Shown: positions 28,741 through 41,549 of the stretch, one piece after another | Position numbering within the stretch: position 1 is the stretch's first letter | Layout: each line of letters starts with the position of its first letter | Source: Rhizophagus irregularis | Taxonomy: Eukaryota | NCBI RefSeq assembly: GCF_026210795.1 | Contig: NC_089429.1 | Location: forward strand, 7,378,001-7,442,000 | Direction: 5' to 3' | DNA: 64,000 bases | Made by a program: the position numbers and the translations under genes | Notes under the pieces: model-generated | Databases searched by the model: none | The model's input: only the letters and a program-made list of their open reading frames with translations | What the model was told of the DNA's origin: nothing

Positions 28741-29622
28741 AATAATTGTTCGTTTTTCTTAATAATGAAAAATTTTTTTCCATAGAAAAATCTTTGAAAT
28801 AAAATGAAATAAATATACAATAAAGAATAAAATGATAAATAAAGAAAAATTAAACCAAAAAAATATAAAAGTGATTAAACGCGCTTTTAGTAAAATATCA
28901 CTTCGCGAGTTTCTTTGTCAAAAAAGACAGATATATAAAAAGGGGTGCATATTGTGATATTTGATCGTATAAGAAAATAGCACGTGATCGTATAAGAACG
29001 TTTGCGGCAAAAATAGTGCTTTGTTGATCATTTCCAAAAGGTGGACGCGTTTTTTAATTATTTTACTATTTTTAGAAGTGCAATTAGCACGTAGACGTGT
29101 TGACGTGTCGTGCAATTATAAAATCCTATAAAATCGTGATCCAGGAGTTTATTTTTTTTCGTTTTCATTGCTTTCTTTTTAACCCCAAAAAAAATTTTGA
29201 TTTTTTCTTTCACCCTCACAAAGACACAAACCTCCGAGCTTCACCTTACAAAACTTCACGAACCTCATAAAAAAACTCACAAACCTCTGAACCTCACATT
29301 ACAATACTTCAAGAACCTCAAAACCTCATTATCTCAAACCCTTAACAACCGCACCTTCGCCAAATCAATAATTATTACGTGAATATATATTTTAAAAGAA
29401 ATATCTAATACTTGGCGCCAGATTAGGAAACTTTTGTAAAGTGGTTTTATAAAGGTGAAATGAAAAAAAAACCAAAAAAAAAAAAAAACGACAAGCACTG
29501 TAAAAGTAAAAAGATATTACCTAATCCGTTGTCAGAAATTACGGTAACCATTATCGGAAAGAGTCATTATGCCTATCTACTTTCAATCATATGCGCGGAA
29601 ATTTAAAATGATATACGCTGGG

Positions 29623-29752
29623 CCTAATCCGCTTCCAGAAATTACGGGGGCCCCTAATCCGCTTCCAGAAATTGCGGGGGGGGAGGCCTCCTAATCCGCT
29701 TCCGGAAATTGCGGGGGGAGGCCTCCTAATCCGCTTCCAGAAATTACGGGGC
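29623..29752. repeat. GC-rich minisatellite (CCTAATCCGCTTCCAGAAATTRCGGGGG), 4 copies
   Basis: Units start at 29623, 29653, 29690 and 29725; a degenerate fifth copy is at 29520. Confidence 0.9.
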
Positions 29753-30684
29753 GGAAATTTAAAAAGATGTACGTTGTGTCAACTGCGCGGGACAGGAGAT
29801 CGTTACCAGAAATTACAGTTCTACTGTAAGCAGATCATTTTATACTCTGACCCTTTCTGGGGGTATAGAAGCTTGGCAGGGGTATTACCAATTAGCGCGT
29901 CTCACGAAAAGAGGAAGATTGACTTAACTAGCATATTGATCCGCATATATTGTGTTTCATACAGGAGGGTTCATACAGGGTCAAATTACCAATTCTATTA
30001 CGAACTAGTTTGTTTATTTTTTATTTATTTCATGTTTTATTATTATTTTTTAATATAGAATCCACTAAATTATATTTGTAATAAATTATTTAATAAATAT
30101 ATATTTTATTCATTATTGTTACAAATTCAGGTTGTATATAAATATTCAAATAGCAATGCTTAATTTAATTTAAGTTACTAGTATATGAAATTCTGAATTA
30201 GCTGGAGGAACTCCATTTAATAATAGATTATTGAAGATTCAAAGTGCTATCTTTATGACGACGGAAAGACAACTAAACTAAAAAAAAAATACACGTTTCA
30301 AAACCTCAATTACTTATAACTTGAATAATTAAATTTGATCTGATTGATTCTGATTTTTTATTTTTATTTTTACTATACATATTCTTCTATCACAAGTGTT
30401 CTCTCTATCACGCGTATTCTCTCTGACATGTATTCTCTATCATTAGACCATTGATTTTAATCAGAAATGATGTTAAATTAATAAAGATCAATTAATAAAA
30501 ACGTAAATAAAATAAAATAAATAATTATTGATTTTCCCAGTTCCCCAAATTTTTAAATAAATAAAATAAATAAAAATTAAATTAAAAAAATTTCTTAATA
30601 ATAATTTGATTTTTGATTAAATATTAAATGTCCAAAGTGTTCACCACGTTCATCATTAAATCACTGATTTGTGATCCTCAAATT

Positions 30685-31453
30685 TCATTCTTTAAGAAGA
30701 GAGTGAATGATATGTCCGGCTCTCATGTTCTTTGAGTCTGTATACGTTTGACCGGTTCCAACGAATAAAATCGTTGTCCGGTTGTATAAGTCATTGATAA
30801 GGCTGCCCCAACCTGTTCCAAATAAAAAATTTTAGATTAGTGTTTGATTACCATATGTTAGTCTTTAATATCATTTTCGCCAAACCTTATCATCAACTGT
30901 ATCAAATTTCGTCAAAATCATTCCATCTATATGTCTTGGATCTTGTAACCCTGAAAAATCTTTCAAAGCTTGATTAAATTTCGTGAGTTGATCAACGGCA
31001 ATGCTTCACCGACGAATATAATCTTGTCGGGATTATTCGCCGAAGCAACTAATAGTGTAAATTAAAGTTAGTTAAAAGATCGCGTAAAATATATATATAA
31101 TACGATCAGTATCATACCTTAGCTAACGCTCGCATTAATGGTTCGTTGTCCCGCCGTATCGATCAATACAACATCAAATTTGTTTATTTTGGCTAAAAAT
31201 GTAAAAATATGTCAACAACAAGTCTCCACCGTAGTCAATTTTATACATACCGTAATTAATAGCATCCTTTGCTATCCTAGCAGCATCTTTTCTATATCCA
31301 CGTTCATATAATTCAACATTTGAATTTTGACCTAAAGCATTCAAATTCCTAACATGTACTCTTAATTGTTCTACGGCACCTGATCTAAAAGTATCACATG
31401 CTGCAATAAGGACCTTTAATCCGTTTTGTAATAACCAATGATAAATTCGTGGA
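30685..31453 (-). pseudogene. SRP101: SRP receptor alpha subunit GTPase domain (C-extein), frameshifted
   Basis: Exons 31453-31251, 31192-31118, 31048-30886 and 30812-30685 encode STNLS..WLLQNGLKVLIAACDTFRSGAVEQLRVHV, FDVVLIDTAG..DNEPLM, PDKIIFVGEAL..AVDQLTKFN, GMILTKFDTVDDKVGAALSMTY..GQ.ILFVGTGQTYTD. These are diagnostic SRalpha motifs; several short deletions break the frame. Confidence 0.93.
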
Positions 31454-31556
31454 CTAATAAGAGAGGATATACATAATTAATTAATAATAAATCAAAAATA
31501 AAGCATTTGTTTTTTTTAAAAAAAATAAATAAAAAGATAGATAAAATAAGACTCAC

Positions 31557-32690
31557 ATTATGACTCACTGTCAAATCTGCTAGTAAAATGCGCTCGTTTT
31601 TATCAACCTTGAACCCATAATATGACCCAAGGCCAACTTTTTCTACTTTAAATCGCCATACCATATCGCGATTAAATTTGGATTTTTGAATACTTTCTTA
31701 CGTGAGAACTAAAGGAAGTTTTTCTAACTTATTGGCACTGATAATCGTACAACAAGATGGGGTCGTTATATTATCTGAACACTCTTTCATGTTTGCAACT
31801 ATGTTTGTAGAATAAACCCTGATAAATTTGCCAGATTACAGATTTGTTCACATCGCTCGTGAAGGGACCGGTAAACATATCTGTATTTCTGTTCTCTTCT
31901 AGTAAATGGCTACTAATGTCTAAAATTCCAGCGAGTAGAGGCAAGCGAACCTATTTGAATTAAAAAAAGTTAATTCACAATTTTTTCTCTTGAACGAATT
32001 AATTATTACATAAAACCAAAATTAATCAAACCTGATCAAGTTCATCAGTCATAATAACTGATGGCACTTTTTTAGTGTCCAAAATATCCAACATTTGAAG
32101 AAGGACATAGAACCGTTTTCAATATCATTATCGCTCATAAATGAAATTTTCCATTCTGAATCATCTAATTTAGCTTTATGTAATTCTTTCATATATCTCC
32201 AATTTAACATTTCACTGTATTGCTCTATAGCTCTTAAATCTCATTTTCATTTTCATTAACATAAATAATGGGTGATTTTACAATTCCACCACCGAACCAA
32301 GCACCAACAAGCCATGAAGCAGCCGAAATTTGAGAATTAGTAGGGTTGACTCCAAGAATTTTGCTTAAAATAACGCGAAATCTTCCTTGTACCGATTTAA
32401 AAATAACTTGATTTGGCTTAAACATAAGACAACTTCGTTGTACTTCATCTGACGCAGTCAAGAAATCTTTAATTGGTATCTCCCAAATGAAATTTGATGA
32501 TACAAGATTGGGTCTTCTCGCCATTTCTCGTATCGCTGCTCTCTTGGCTACCTCTTTTTTAGGATAATCTTCGCCGGGACCGTAATAGAAAGAATCATTC
32601 TTTTTAACGATCATATTATTCCTGATGATATTATTGATGCAAACCCCTCATTAGATTGTATTAATTTAGGAAATAATACTTCAAATATCT
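31557..32690 (-). mobile_element. Intein (C-terminal Hint blocks plus degenerate LAGLIDADG homing endonuclease), N-terminus missing
   Basis: Block F/G YYGFKVDKNERILLADLTVSHN ends at 31557 and is followed after an intron by Ser+1 (STNLS). LAGLIDADG-like motifs are WLVGAWFGGG (~32315-32286) and KKVPSVIMTDELDQ/VRLPLLAGILDISS (across intron 31951-32031). Internal stops and frameshifts. Confidence 0.88.
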
Positions 32691-34343
32691 GTTAGGGAAA
32701 ATGGAAGGGAAAATGGAATTTCTCACGGCTTTAGTTACAACATAGATTTGATCGAAATGAATGTTCTAAATCACAAACACAGCTTATGGATACACTTTAG
32801 TTGTATGATTCTAAGTTGCTGTTGCGCATATCAGAATTAGATATGGCTTTGTCCTTATGAAACCATCGACGGTCTAATTCTGATGAATATAAGAGGGTAC
32901 TCTTCTTAATTACAAGATCGCCGCAATCTCCGCGCTCGAAAGGTTACCAGATGAGCATGTGCTACTCGGCACTCCACATTTGGTGTGTTGATATCTGCCG
33001 AGTGGCGTAAAAATATTTCAATTAAACCGATAATCTCATTACAATTTCTCGTAAGGGCAAAAGGTATTATTATCCAAAGTTAGAGTTTTGTATCGCTATG
33101 ATTTGTTGAGAATTGTTCAACTACCTTATTTTTTAATACAAAGGAAAAAAAAAATAAATAGAGGGGCAAAAGAAATATGGCAATATTTTTAGAGATTACA
33201 CTACCGAAATTCAGAAGTTAAAAACGTGGGATTAAATGACACAAATGTCACGGGAGCGAATTTTGACTAACGGAGGTCTCATTCAAAGCATCAAATTCCG
33301 CTAAGCCAACCGTTTATTGTAAAATAGATGAAAAACAGGTTTCTTTTTTCAAAATAAAAAATCCAAATTTGATAAATTTGATTCTTTATTTTATAATAGA
33401 TTTATTTTAAATAGTAATTATCCGGAATTATACGTTTCTCGTCTAATTCATAGTTTACGAATTAAATATTAAAAAATGTATTGAATAAATGTAACTAAAG
33501 TTGAATAAAAATATAATTAAACAGAGAAAGTGATAAAAATTCAAAAGTTTTGAAATTATCCATAATGATCAGTTGGGTTCGTAGTTAGTTGTATTTTCAT
33601 TTCTATGAATTTGAATAATTATGAAACATATGAGCAGATACAAGCGACAAATAAGTACATGATTGCGGAAAATTGAAAAAAAATTGTAATTTTTTTTATT
33701 TGATAATTATATTTCGATGATAAATTATTAAAATTTTGATTCGATTCAACCAGCAAATCAGGAGGTAAAGTAAAAAAACACCAACATATTCTGATGATTC
33801 AGCTAATAATTCCATTACTTTGCATCAGGCCTTTTTAATTGATCAGAATCCCAACATTGTTATTTTTTTTAAAAAAAAAATTATCTAAACTTTATATTTT
33901 ATTTTTAAGAACTCCGTGAAATGATCGAAATAGTTTAATAGTTTGTCAGTATATCGTTATTAGATAACTAGTCATATATCTTCCCCATCTCCTTGCTTAG
34001 TCTCGATCTTTCTTTACGTCTCGCCAATATATGTTTACAACAAGGAAACATCCCTAATGAATGGCGGAATGCCATATACCCCGCATGATTTCGATGCTCT
34101 ATTAGTTAATACTCGCCCGATCACTCTTCAAATACAAATAATAATTCTCGTTACGCAGAATAAAAAGTTGACAAGCGATTTACTAATTTTCACCCCAAGT
34201 CATTTCACAACATCCTATGACAATATCCACAATAGGTTATTTACTAACAATAACATCAACCCTTCCTGAATATATATATATACTGTATATAATATGTTTT
34301 ACTGTGCCGCATTTCTTTATTAGTGATTTTTGTTAATTCCGCT

Positions 34344-34906
34344 TTAATATCCATTATTATCCATATTTTGTTTATCATGCATTGATCCTCCTTTAGATGT
34401 ACCGTTATTGATACATTTCTTCCTTGTCCTAAATTTTGTAATATGAATTTCCACTTTACAGGGACCTAATTTAACTTTTTCATTTTCAGCACGTAATTTT
34501 TCTATTTCCAACTTAATCTTTTCTAACTCGTATTGTTGAGTTAATTTTTTTTCTTCTAATTCAAACATTCTTTGACATTCATGTTCTTCTAAAGTTAATT
34601 TTTTTTCATAAAACCTATTAGGTATAATATTTCATTGATAATTAAATAGAATATTGTAATGGATATGCTGCTGTATAAATTTCAGAGCATCCACCTTTGA
34701 CCATCTTGTGATAAATATTGGAAGGTGAATGGTTCAGATTGGAGATGGTAAGGATGGCATTTATCAAGAGGAATATTATTAAAAGGAGCATTGATGAAAT
34801 TTGCACCCATTTGGTAAGACATTTTGAAGATTTTGATAATATTTGAAAAAATTTGATTTTGTCTGAAAATTTGACGTTTGTCCTTAAGATTTTCCTTTTC
34901 ACTCAT
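34344..34906 (-). pseudogene. Hypothetical small coiled-coil protein, broken ORF
   Basis: Two adjacent out-of-frame ORFs; E/K-rich heptads ELEKIKLEIEKLRAENEK. Confidence 0.3.
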
Positions 34907-36194
34907 CTTACGTCTTAGAAGAAATCAAAGTCGAAAAATGATCATTTATCAGAGCTTTTTCCAAAAAATTTTTCACAAGGATGTAAGTCAATATTTGAAA
35001 AGATTAAAATTTAATTATCTACTATCGACTTGAAGAATAGATTTATAAATATTTTTTTTTAAAAAAAAAAATTACGATTTTACCCTCTCTATCATACGCA
35101 AATTGAACCATTTTCAGCGAGTTAATAGTTAATATTACCTGTTAAGGTTTCGCTCTGTAATACAATCATACGAGTACATAAATAATAAGGTTTGCCCCAT
35201 AAAATTTTTAGACGGAATTTATACGGAATTTCTAATTTTAAATATGTTCCCGCGTACAGCCTCGTTTTTATGTGGCGATGCTTCTATGATTTAAGGAGTT
35301 TATCAAGATCACATCATTGATATGGTCATATGGGGTGGTGTGTAAATGGGATTTTTTTTAATAATAGAAGAATTAATGAATTTTTCTTATTTCAGTTCCG
35401 TTTTTTTACATACCCTTACTTTGCTGTAAGCCCTCCCAGTATTCAATTGAACATTTCCACGACCAACAAGATAACTATTAGTGTAGAGTTACTTTTAACA
35501 ATGACTTAATTAGCGAACTAACGTAATATTTTATATGAAGTATATTATTTATTGATCAAATTTACGTTCGTTTTATTAACAACACAACTAGAAAAACGAA
35601 ATTATGAACTTACTATGGTATAATTTCAAATGTATATAATAGTTTTTAAAAGCAATATATTTATTAACAACTATTGAGGATTGAACAACAACGAAGGAAA
35701 TATACATTCACAAGAAAATAGTTCACTTTAGTCTTTTAGTGCTATGAGGATAATGGTGCGAAGTTACTGGATTAGGGTGGATACAATTATATAAAGTAAT
35801 AGCCAATTTTTTACCGATTGAATCAGAAAACCTTTTAATCAAAAAATAATATCATATTGCCTTCATATAAATTACCGAGAAAACCAACATTTGAACATTC
35901 GAATTTCATAGAAGAGAATATCGTAGGAGAGAATAACGATTAAGAAGAAGCATTATAGACCAGGCTCCGCGCATATAAAACAAGAAGACATTTTCGCGAA
36001 TTTCAAAGATTATATTAACAAAAACAAAGCCAAAAATGAAGATGAGAAATACATGAATTATTTTACTCAAATCACGCCATATTGGATTATAGACATGGTG
36101 CAACTTTTTATTAAAGAAGATTATTAGAAGACAATTAAATATCATCCTTCCGGAACCAACTATTACAACAGAACATGTAAATATTGTTAAGAAG

Positions 36195-36270
36195 TACTAT
36201 AATGAAGAAATAGTAGAAAGTTCGAATCTTTCTACTATAATGAAGAAATAGTAGAAAGTTCAAATCTTTC
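36195..36270. repeat. 38-bp tandem duplication
   Basis: TACTATAATGAAGAAATAGTAGAAAGTTC(G/A)AATCTTTC occurs twice. Confidence 0.9.
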
Positions 36271-36655
36271 TTTTAAATTCTCATTTTGGAAGAATACGAT
36301 TGGCTAAACGAAAACACATACCATTGTGATAGATAATGAAAGACCTATAATATAATTGATTATAGAGGGTACCTTACTAGTAGTACCGATATTTAACTGA
36401 GAGGCTGCAAGGACTAATTAATTAAATCACGAATTAAAGATCATTGGAGAATTGTGATTGAAATTTTCTAATTCTGTATCAGAGAAAAACAAGATAAGGC
36501 CCAAGGGAAGGGAGGGAAAGGCCAAAGAAACGCCCTTCCAAAACCGAATTCCCGTTATGCTTCTCAAGCTGCGATACAAATTTCCTCTAATCGTTATGAT
36601 GCGGTTACCGTTCCGACAACGGCGAGAAATATTAAAATTGTTGAGTGTAATGATG

Positions 36656-37300
36656 GCTTAGAACATCTTCCTTGAATAACATTTTTTTTTTTATCATTAT
36701 AACCATAATACTTGCATATATTACTTTCAAATCTACTACTTCTACACACGTCAATCAATACGACTTTTTTTTGCATATATTACTTTCATATCTACTACTT
36801 TTACACCACGTCAATAGGCTTTTTTTTTTATCGAACACGAAAATTTGATTTATCTTAACCCTTGCAGTAAATGAACTCATTTAAAATACTTAATATACTC
36901 TATTTTTTTTTATTGTTTATTATTTTTTATTGTTTATTTACCGTTTCTTTAATACCATATAAATAAATAATAAAATAACTAAATATTACTATGACTAAAT
37001 ATTATGACTATCCCTACTACACATCCCCCTTAATTCTTCGGCAAAGATGGCGACAGTCTGCATGGTCTTGAGGTTCTATAAACGTATAGAAAGATCTTTA
37101 CTCGCTGAGAAGAGTAAAGATAGCTTAGAACATCTTCCTTGAATAACATTTTTTTTTGCATGTATTACTTTCAATACTTAATATACTCTATTTTTTTATT
37201 TCTTATTTACCATTTCTTTAATACCATATAAATAAATAATAAAATATAACTAAAGATTACTATAACTAAATATTATGTTTATCCTACTCATCCCCCCCTC
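36656..37300. repeat. Local imperfect direct duplication
   Basis: GCTTAGAACATCTTCCTTGAATAACATTTTTTT at 36656 and 37123; the ATACTTAATATACTCTA...CATCCCCC block at ~36886-37029 and ~37174-37298. Confidence 0.8.
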
Positions 37301-40300
37301 CTCCCTCCCCTAAAGACAAAGCTTATTTGTTTTTAAAAGCACTCATAAATTTTTTTCGCTTTCTTACTTTGTGAAAATAAAAAATGACATTTTGAAATTT
37401 TTTATTTTCACAAAATAAGAAAGCGAAACAGTAATGCTGTTTTCACTTTGTTCTTTGGAAGTTCGTGGCCCTATTTAATTTATATATTAATAAAATTAAT
37501 GTTGCAAAAAAAAAAAAGATTAATAATAAATAATGAAATTTAAGAACATTTACCAATTGGTATTTTCTCCCGCATTACGTTTTCATTCCAAAAAAAATCT
37601 GACATGATCAATTTTCACAAAAATTTTTTATAGGGATTCCGAGAAGTAAAATGTTTATTTTATAGAAGAAGATATTGGAAGATACTTTATTTGGTTTTTG
37701 AAATTTTTTTTTTTTTTTTTTTGGAGAAAAGATAGCAAAAAATCACATTATTTATACCCCTTGATTTTGTAAATTCACGTTTTTTTCCATTGATTAAATT
37801 CTCATTGTAAATATGTGATTACGCAATAATATGTATTAAAGAAGCTAAACCATTTTTGTATTTAATAAAGTAATCGAATAAAATTACATAAATATTTAAA
37901 ATAACGAAAATAACGATAAGGGAATACGATAATTTCGACGAAAAAAAAAAATTTTCGGATAGTGCGCGTAAATGAATGTTTGAAGATTTTAAGATTTTAC
38001 GAAAAAAAAAAAAAAAGAATTTTATAAGAATTAAATAATAAAAAAAAATCGTGTTATTAATGATGTCGCAAGGAATGCATTTATTCGTAACATGTCAATC
38101 GATCAATTAATCGATCATAAAATAAAAATACATAAAACATTTTTCTGAAAAATTTTTTATAGGGGTGATAATAAGAGGGCATATATATATATGGACCATG
38201 TGTCCAGATGATTCGTCAATTACTTCTTCTTTGAATGCCGTAAGGGAGTAAACAGACGAATCTTCCTTTTAATAACAAACATTGTGTTGTTATCTTGTTT
38301 CTCTCACAATCACTTCCGTATATATGTCCCTCTTTCTGACCCTACCAAGGTGATTCCAAACTCGGGAAGAAATGTCATTCCACTAATTATTAAAATTGTA
38401 AATTGTTAATACATGTAATATATTCTTAACTTTTGTCAATAATACCTTGTTGTTGTCTTGATTAATCTCCCAAGATAATGGGGAGAATATATGTATTTCT
38501 TTTCTTGACTCTTGATATATCCCCAGTTTGGACTTCATGGGAAGGGTTAGTTTCTCCAATTAATTGGAGTTCGGATTTGATGTTAGATATTATGGAGTTT
38601 TTAAATTTTTATTAGCAACACTTTTTTAGCGAACAATCGTTTTTTTTTAAGAACTCTATTTATACCTTTTAATGTTTCTGATAAATAAAGTTGGATTACA
38701 TGGAATAAATGTTACTGGTCCTAAATAATTAAAAACAAAATTATTAAAACGTTGCAATTAATTTAATGACTTATCGGAAGTTCGCGCCGAATGATTTCGA
38801 AAGAAAATTCTCACTGAATTGTTTTTATTTACATGTTCTATGATCAAAATAAATATATTTGGATAATCAATTGACTAATTCTATCTCATTGCTTCATGGA
38901 TTCATGTTCTTCTATATTTGGAATCATATTACTTTTATTGTATTAATTGTATTGAAATAAAGTTTATTTTTTTCAGATTTTCGTAAGATAATCAATATTT
39001 GATTTATTTAACTAAAACTGAAAAGTTATATACATGAACGTGATTATCAGATGTGCGAAAACGATATTTTATCTGATATCATGCTTTTTTTAAATGTATC
39101 TATGCATGTAGATCTATTGTTATTTGTATGCCGATACCATGATCGGAATGATATTTCAATGCATCAATTACAAGAGAAATTACACGATATTTTAAAAAAG
39201 TAATAATTTATCTATTTTTATTGGTCATTCATTCATTTGATAAGAAATTACTTTACTTTGGGCCAAAATTAAAAAAATAAATAAATAATAAATAATAAAA
39301 ATAAAAAATTCATTCGAATTTTTTTTTGAAATAACGCCAATCGCCAATATGCATTCATTGAATGTATATTAATAAATTATCATTCGGAACTAGTAAAAAA
39401 AAAAAGATTTTTCAAGAATTCCCATCATCCATGCAATTTTTTTTTTTTTGTGTGTGTGTGAAATAATTTGTAAAATTATGCGATGCATTTTCCTGTAATG
39501 TTTCACATACGTTTGCATCAATTTAATTGATTTTTAAAAAATATATATTTATTTTTTGTTCTTTTTCTTTTACGGAATTTTATTATCGTAATGAATTGCA
39601 TATGATATCAACTGAACCTCCCTTGCATATTTGCGTAATTGTTTATAGACGCCTAGTACAAATTTATGGAATCTCCTTGTTATATCCTCAAGAATTTGAA
39701 TTTTTTTGGTCTACATAATTTATGATCTTGGGCGGAATTATAAAGGTTTATTACAATAAAATTTTTTTTAATTTATTTTTAGTTCCCTGAATTTTCTGAT
39801 CTTTAAAATTAGATATATTGTCACATTATAAAAAAAAAATTACAACAATCAACATATGAAATTTAAAATAATTCGTCCAAAAAGGAATAAATCGCGGGAA
39901 AAAACGTTTCACAATAAATCAAATAAAATATTTTTTCAATATATTATTTACAGTAAGTTGATAACAAAAAAAATGATTGCACACTTGTATCACAATTCAC
40001 GGAACGAAAGAATTTTCAAGGTTTTTTTCGGCTGCATAATATTGAAATGATAACCATTTTTTGCCTCTAATCAAATTTTTTTTTTTACAGTTTTTATTAT
40101 ACAAATTTTAAGTCACAAATGAATGAATAGAATGAAAATGCAAAAATTAAAAAAATAAATTTTGTATTTCCGTTAATAGATAACTTTATTAAATTTTATC
40201 ACCAAGTTCTTGGAAATTTTTTTAAAAAAAGCAAACAAAACAATCTCAATTCTTCTAACACATAAACCACCTAAAGATCGAAGATTATTCCTAGTTGAAA

Positions 40301-41237
40301 TTATTAATTTCATCATAACATGCAATTAAAAGCGAGAGCTATATCAAACTCCATTCAATCTTACGACCTTTCATAAAGTTCTAGCAGAGTTTTTTTAATG
40401 AATTTTATATAATAATATTTTTGATAAATCATCTTTTATGTCATTCAATTAGAGTGTAGGCCAAAATCTTCATAATTCTACCCAAATATGAACGAAATTG
40501 AAGAAAGGAAAAGTTTTATTTTTTAATATAAATGGAAGGAACGTTTAATTAAAAGAACCATCCTATCAATAGCAAGTCATGAGTAAAATAATTTGAATAA
40601 TAAGAATTTCATTTCGAGACAATAATGAATGTTTGTGTGAATTTCTATAAAAAAAAAAAATTGTTGATCTGCGGTTATAATATTCGCGAAAATTTTCAAT
40701 AAAATTTTTGTAAATTGAATTTTTTTTTTTGCAGATAATGAAAGTTTGAATTCAATGTAGAAAAGGGAATTTTAGCCTAGTTATTGTATGAATTTTCGTA
40801 TTAACAATTTTTCTCTAGAAAGATTTATGTCTAATCATAAAACGCGTAATTGTCGAATCAAAATATAGAGAGATCATCGTGAGAAATAAAAATAATGTTT
40901 TTGAAAAAAAAAATCTTTTATAAATGCTTAAAGATAATTAAAATTTATGAACAAAAACTTCAGATTAAAAATTCTGGACAAATTTTCTTAATTGAAATGT
41001 GCCATTCTTTTTTTTTTTTAAAAAAAAAAACCAGTAATAGAAGCTATACATGTTGAATATGACGAACTATGCCTCAGCTGGCATTATGTGATGCAGAAAG
41101 TCACCCTTTTTTAAAATTATTTTAAAACATTTGTGCGATATATGATCAAATTAGCCTAATTAAGATCTTAAAGCCGTGTAGTTTATACATAAAATATTGT
41201 TGGAATCCCCTGTTATTGTACGCCTCAGAAACAATAA

Positions 41238-41549
41238 ATGCATGTTTTCTTAAATGTTAGGGAAGCCTACATCGGGTTATATAATTTAATGAACAATGTC
41301 CAGCATGTTATTAATATAAACTTATTAATATTAGTCAACCAATTCCTCAGAGGATTGATTGAAGAGAACAGCATCGAATATGAGAGGATCGGTATCGAAC
41401 GAGATATTGAGGAACTGGTAAACCTGTTGGAACATGTCGAAAAAGAAAGAACGAACTGCGCCGCGGCAAGGAGATCCTTGCAGAATCACCAAGACCGTTA
41501 TCAAGCCTATACAATTGCCGTCAGTTACTACAAGAACCGGTTATCTTGA
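41238..41549 (+). CDS. Hypothetical coiled-coil protein fragment
   Basis: 103-aa ORF with higher GC than the flanks and protein-like composition; no recognisable domain; gene structure uncertain. Confidence 0.3.
   Translation: MHVFLNVREAYIGLYNLMNNVQHVININLLILVNQFLRGLIEENSIEYERIGIERDIEELVNLLEHVEKERTNCAAARRSLQNHQDRYQAYTIAVSYYKNRLS

Noticed and set aside
29623..29752. Possible CRISPR-like repeat array
   Set aside because: Units abut with only G-run variation and no unique spacers; no cas genes; eukaryotic context.
32690..33060. Intein N-terminal blocks A/B and SRalpha N-extein
   Set aside because: Looked for GVNGVGK and a CxxxGT-like start on the minus strand and found neither; the sequence appears unrelated.
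38230..38600. Possible HMG-box relic on the minus strand (NDISSRVWNHLG...DIYTE)
   Set aside because: Similarity too short and broken to support a call.
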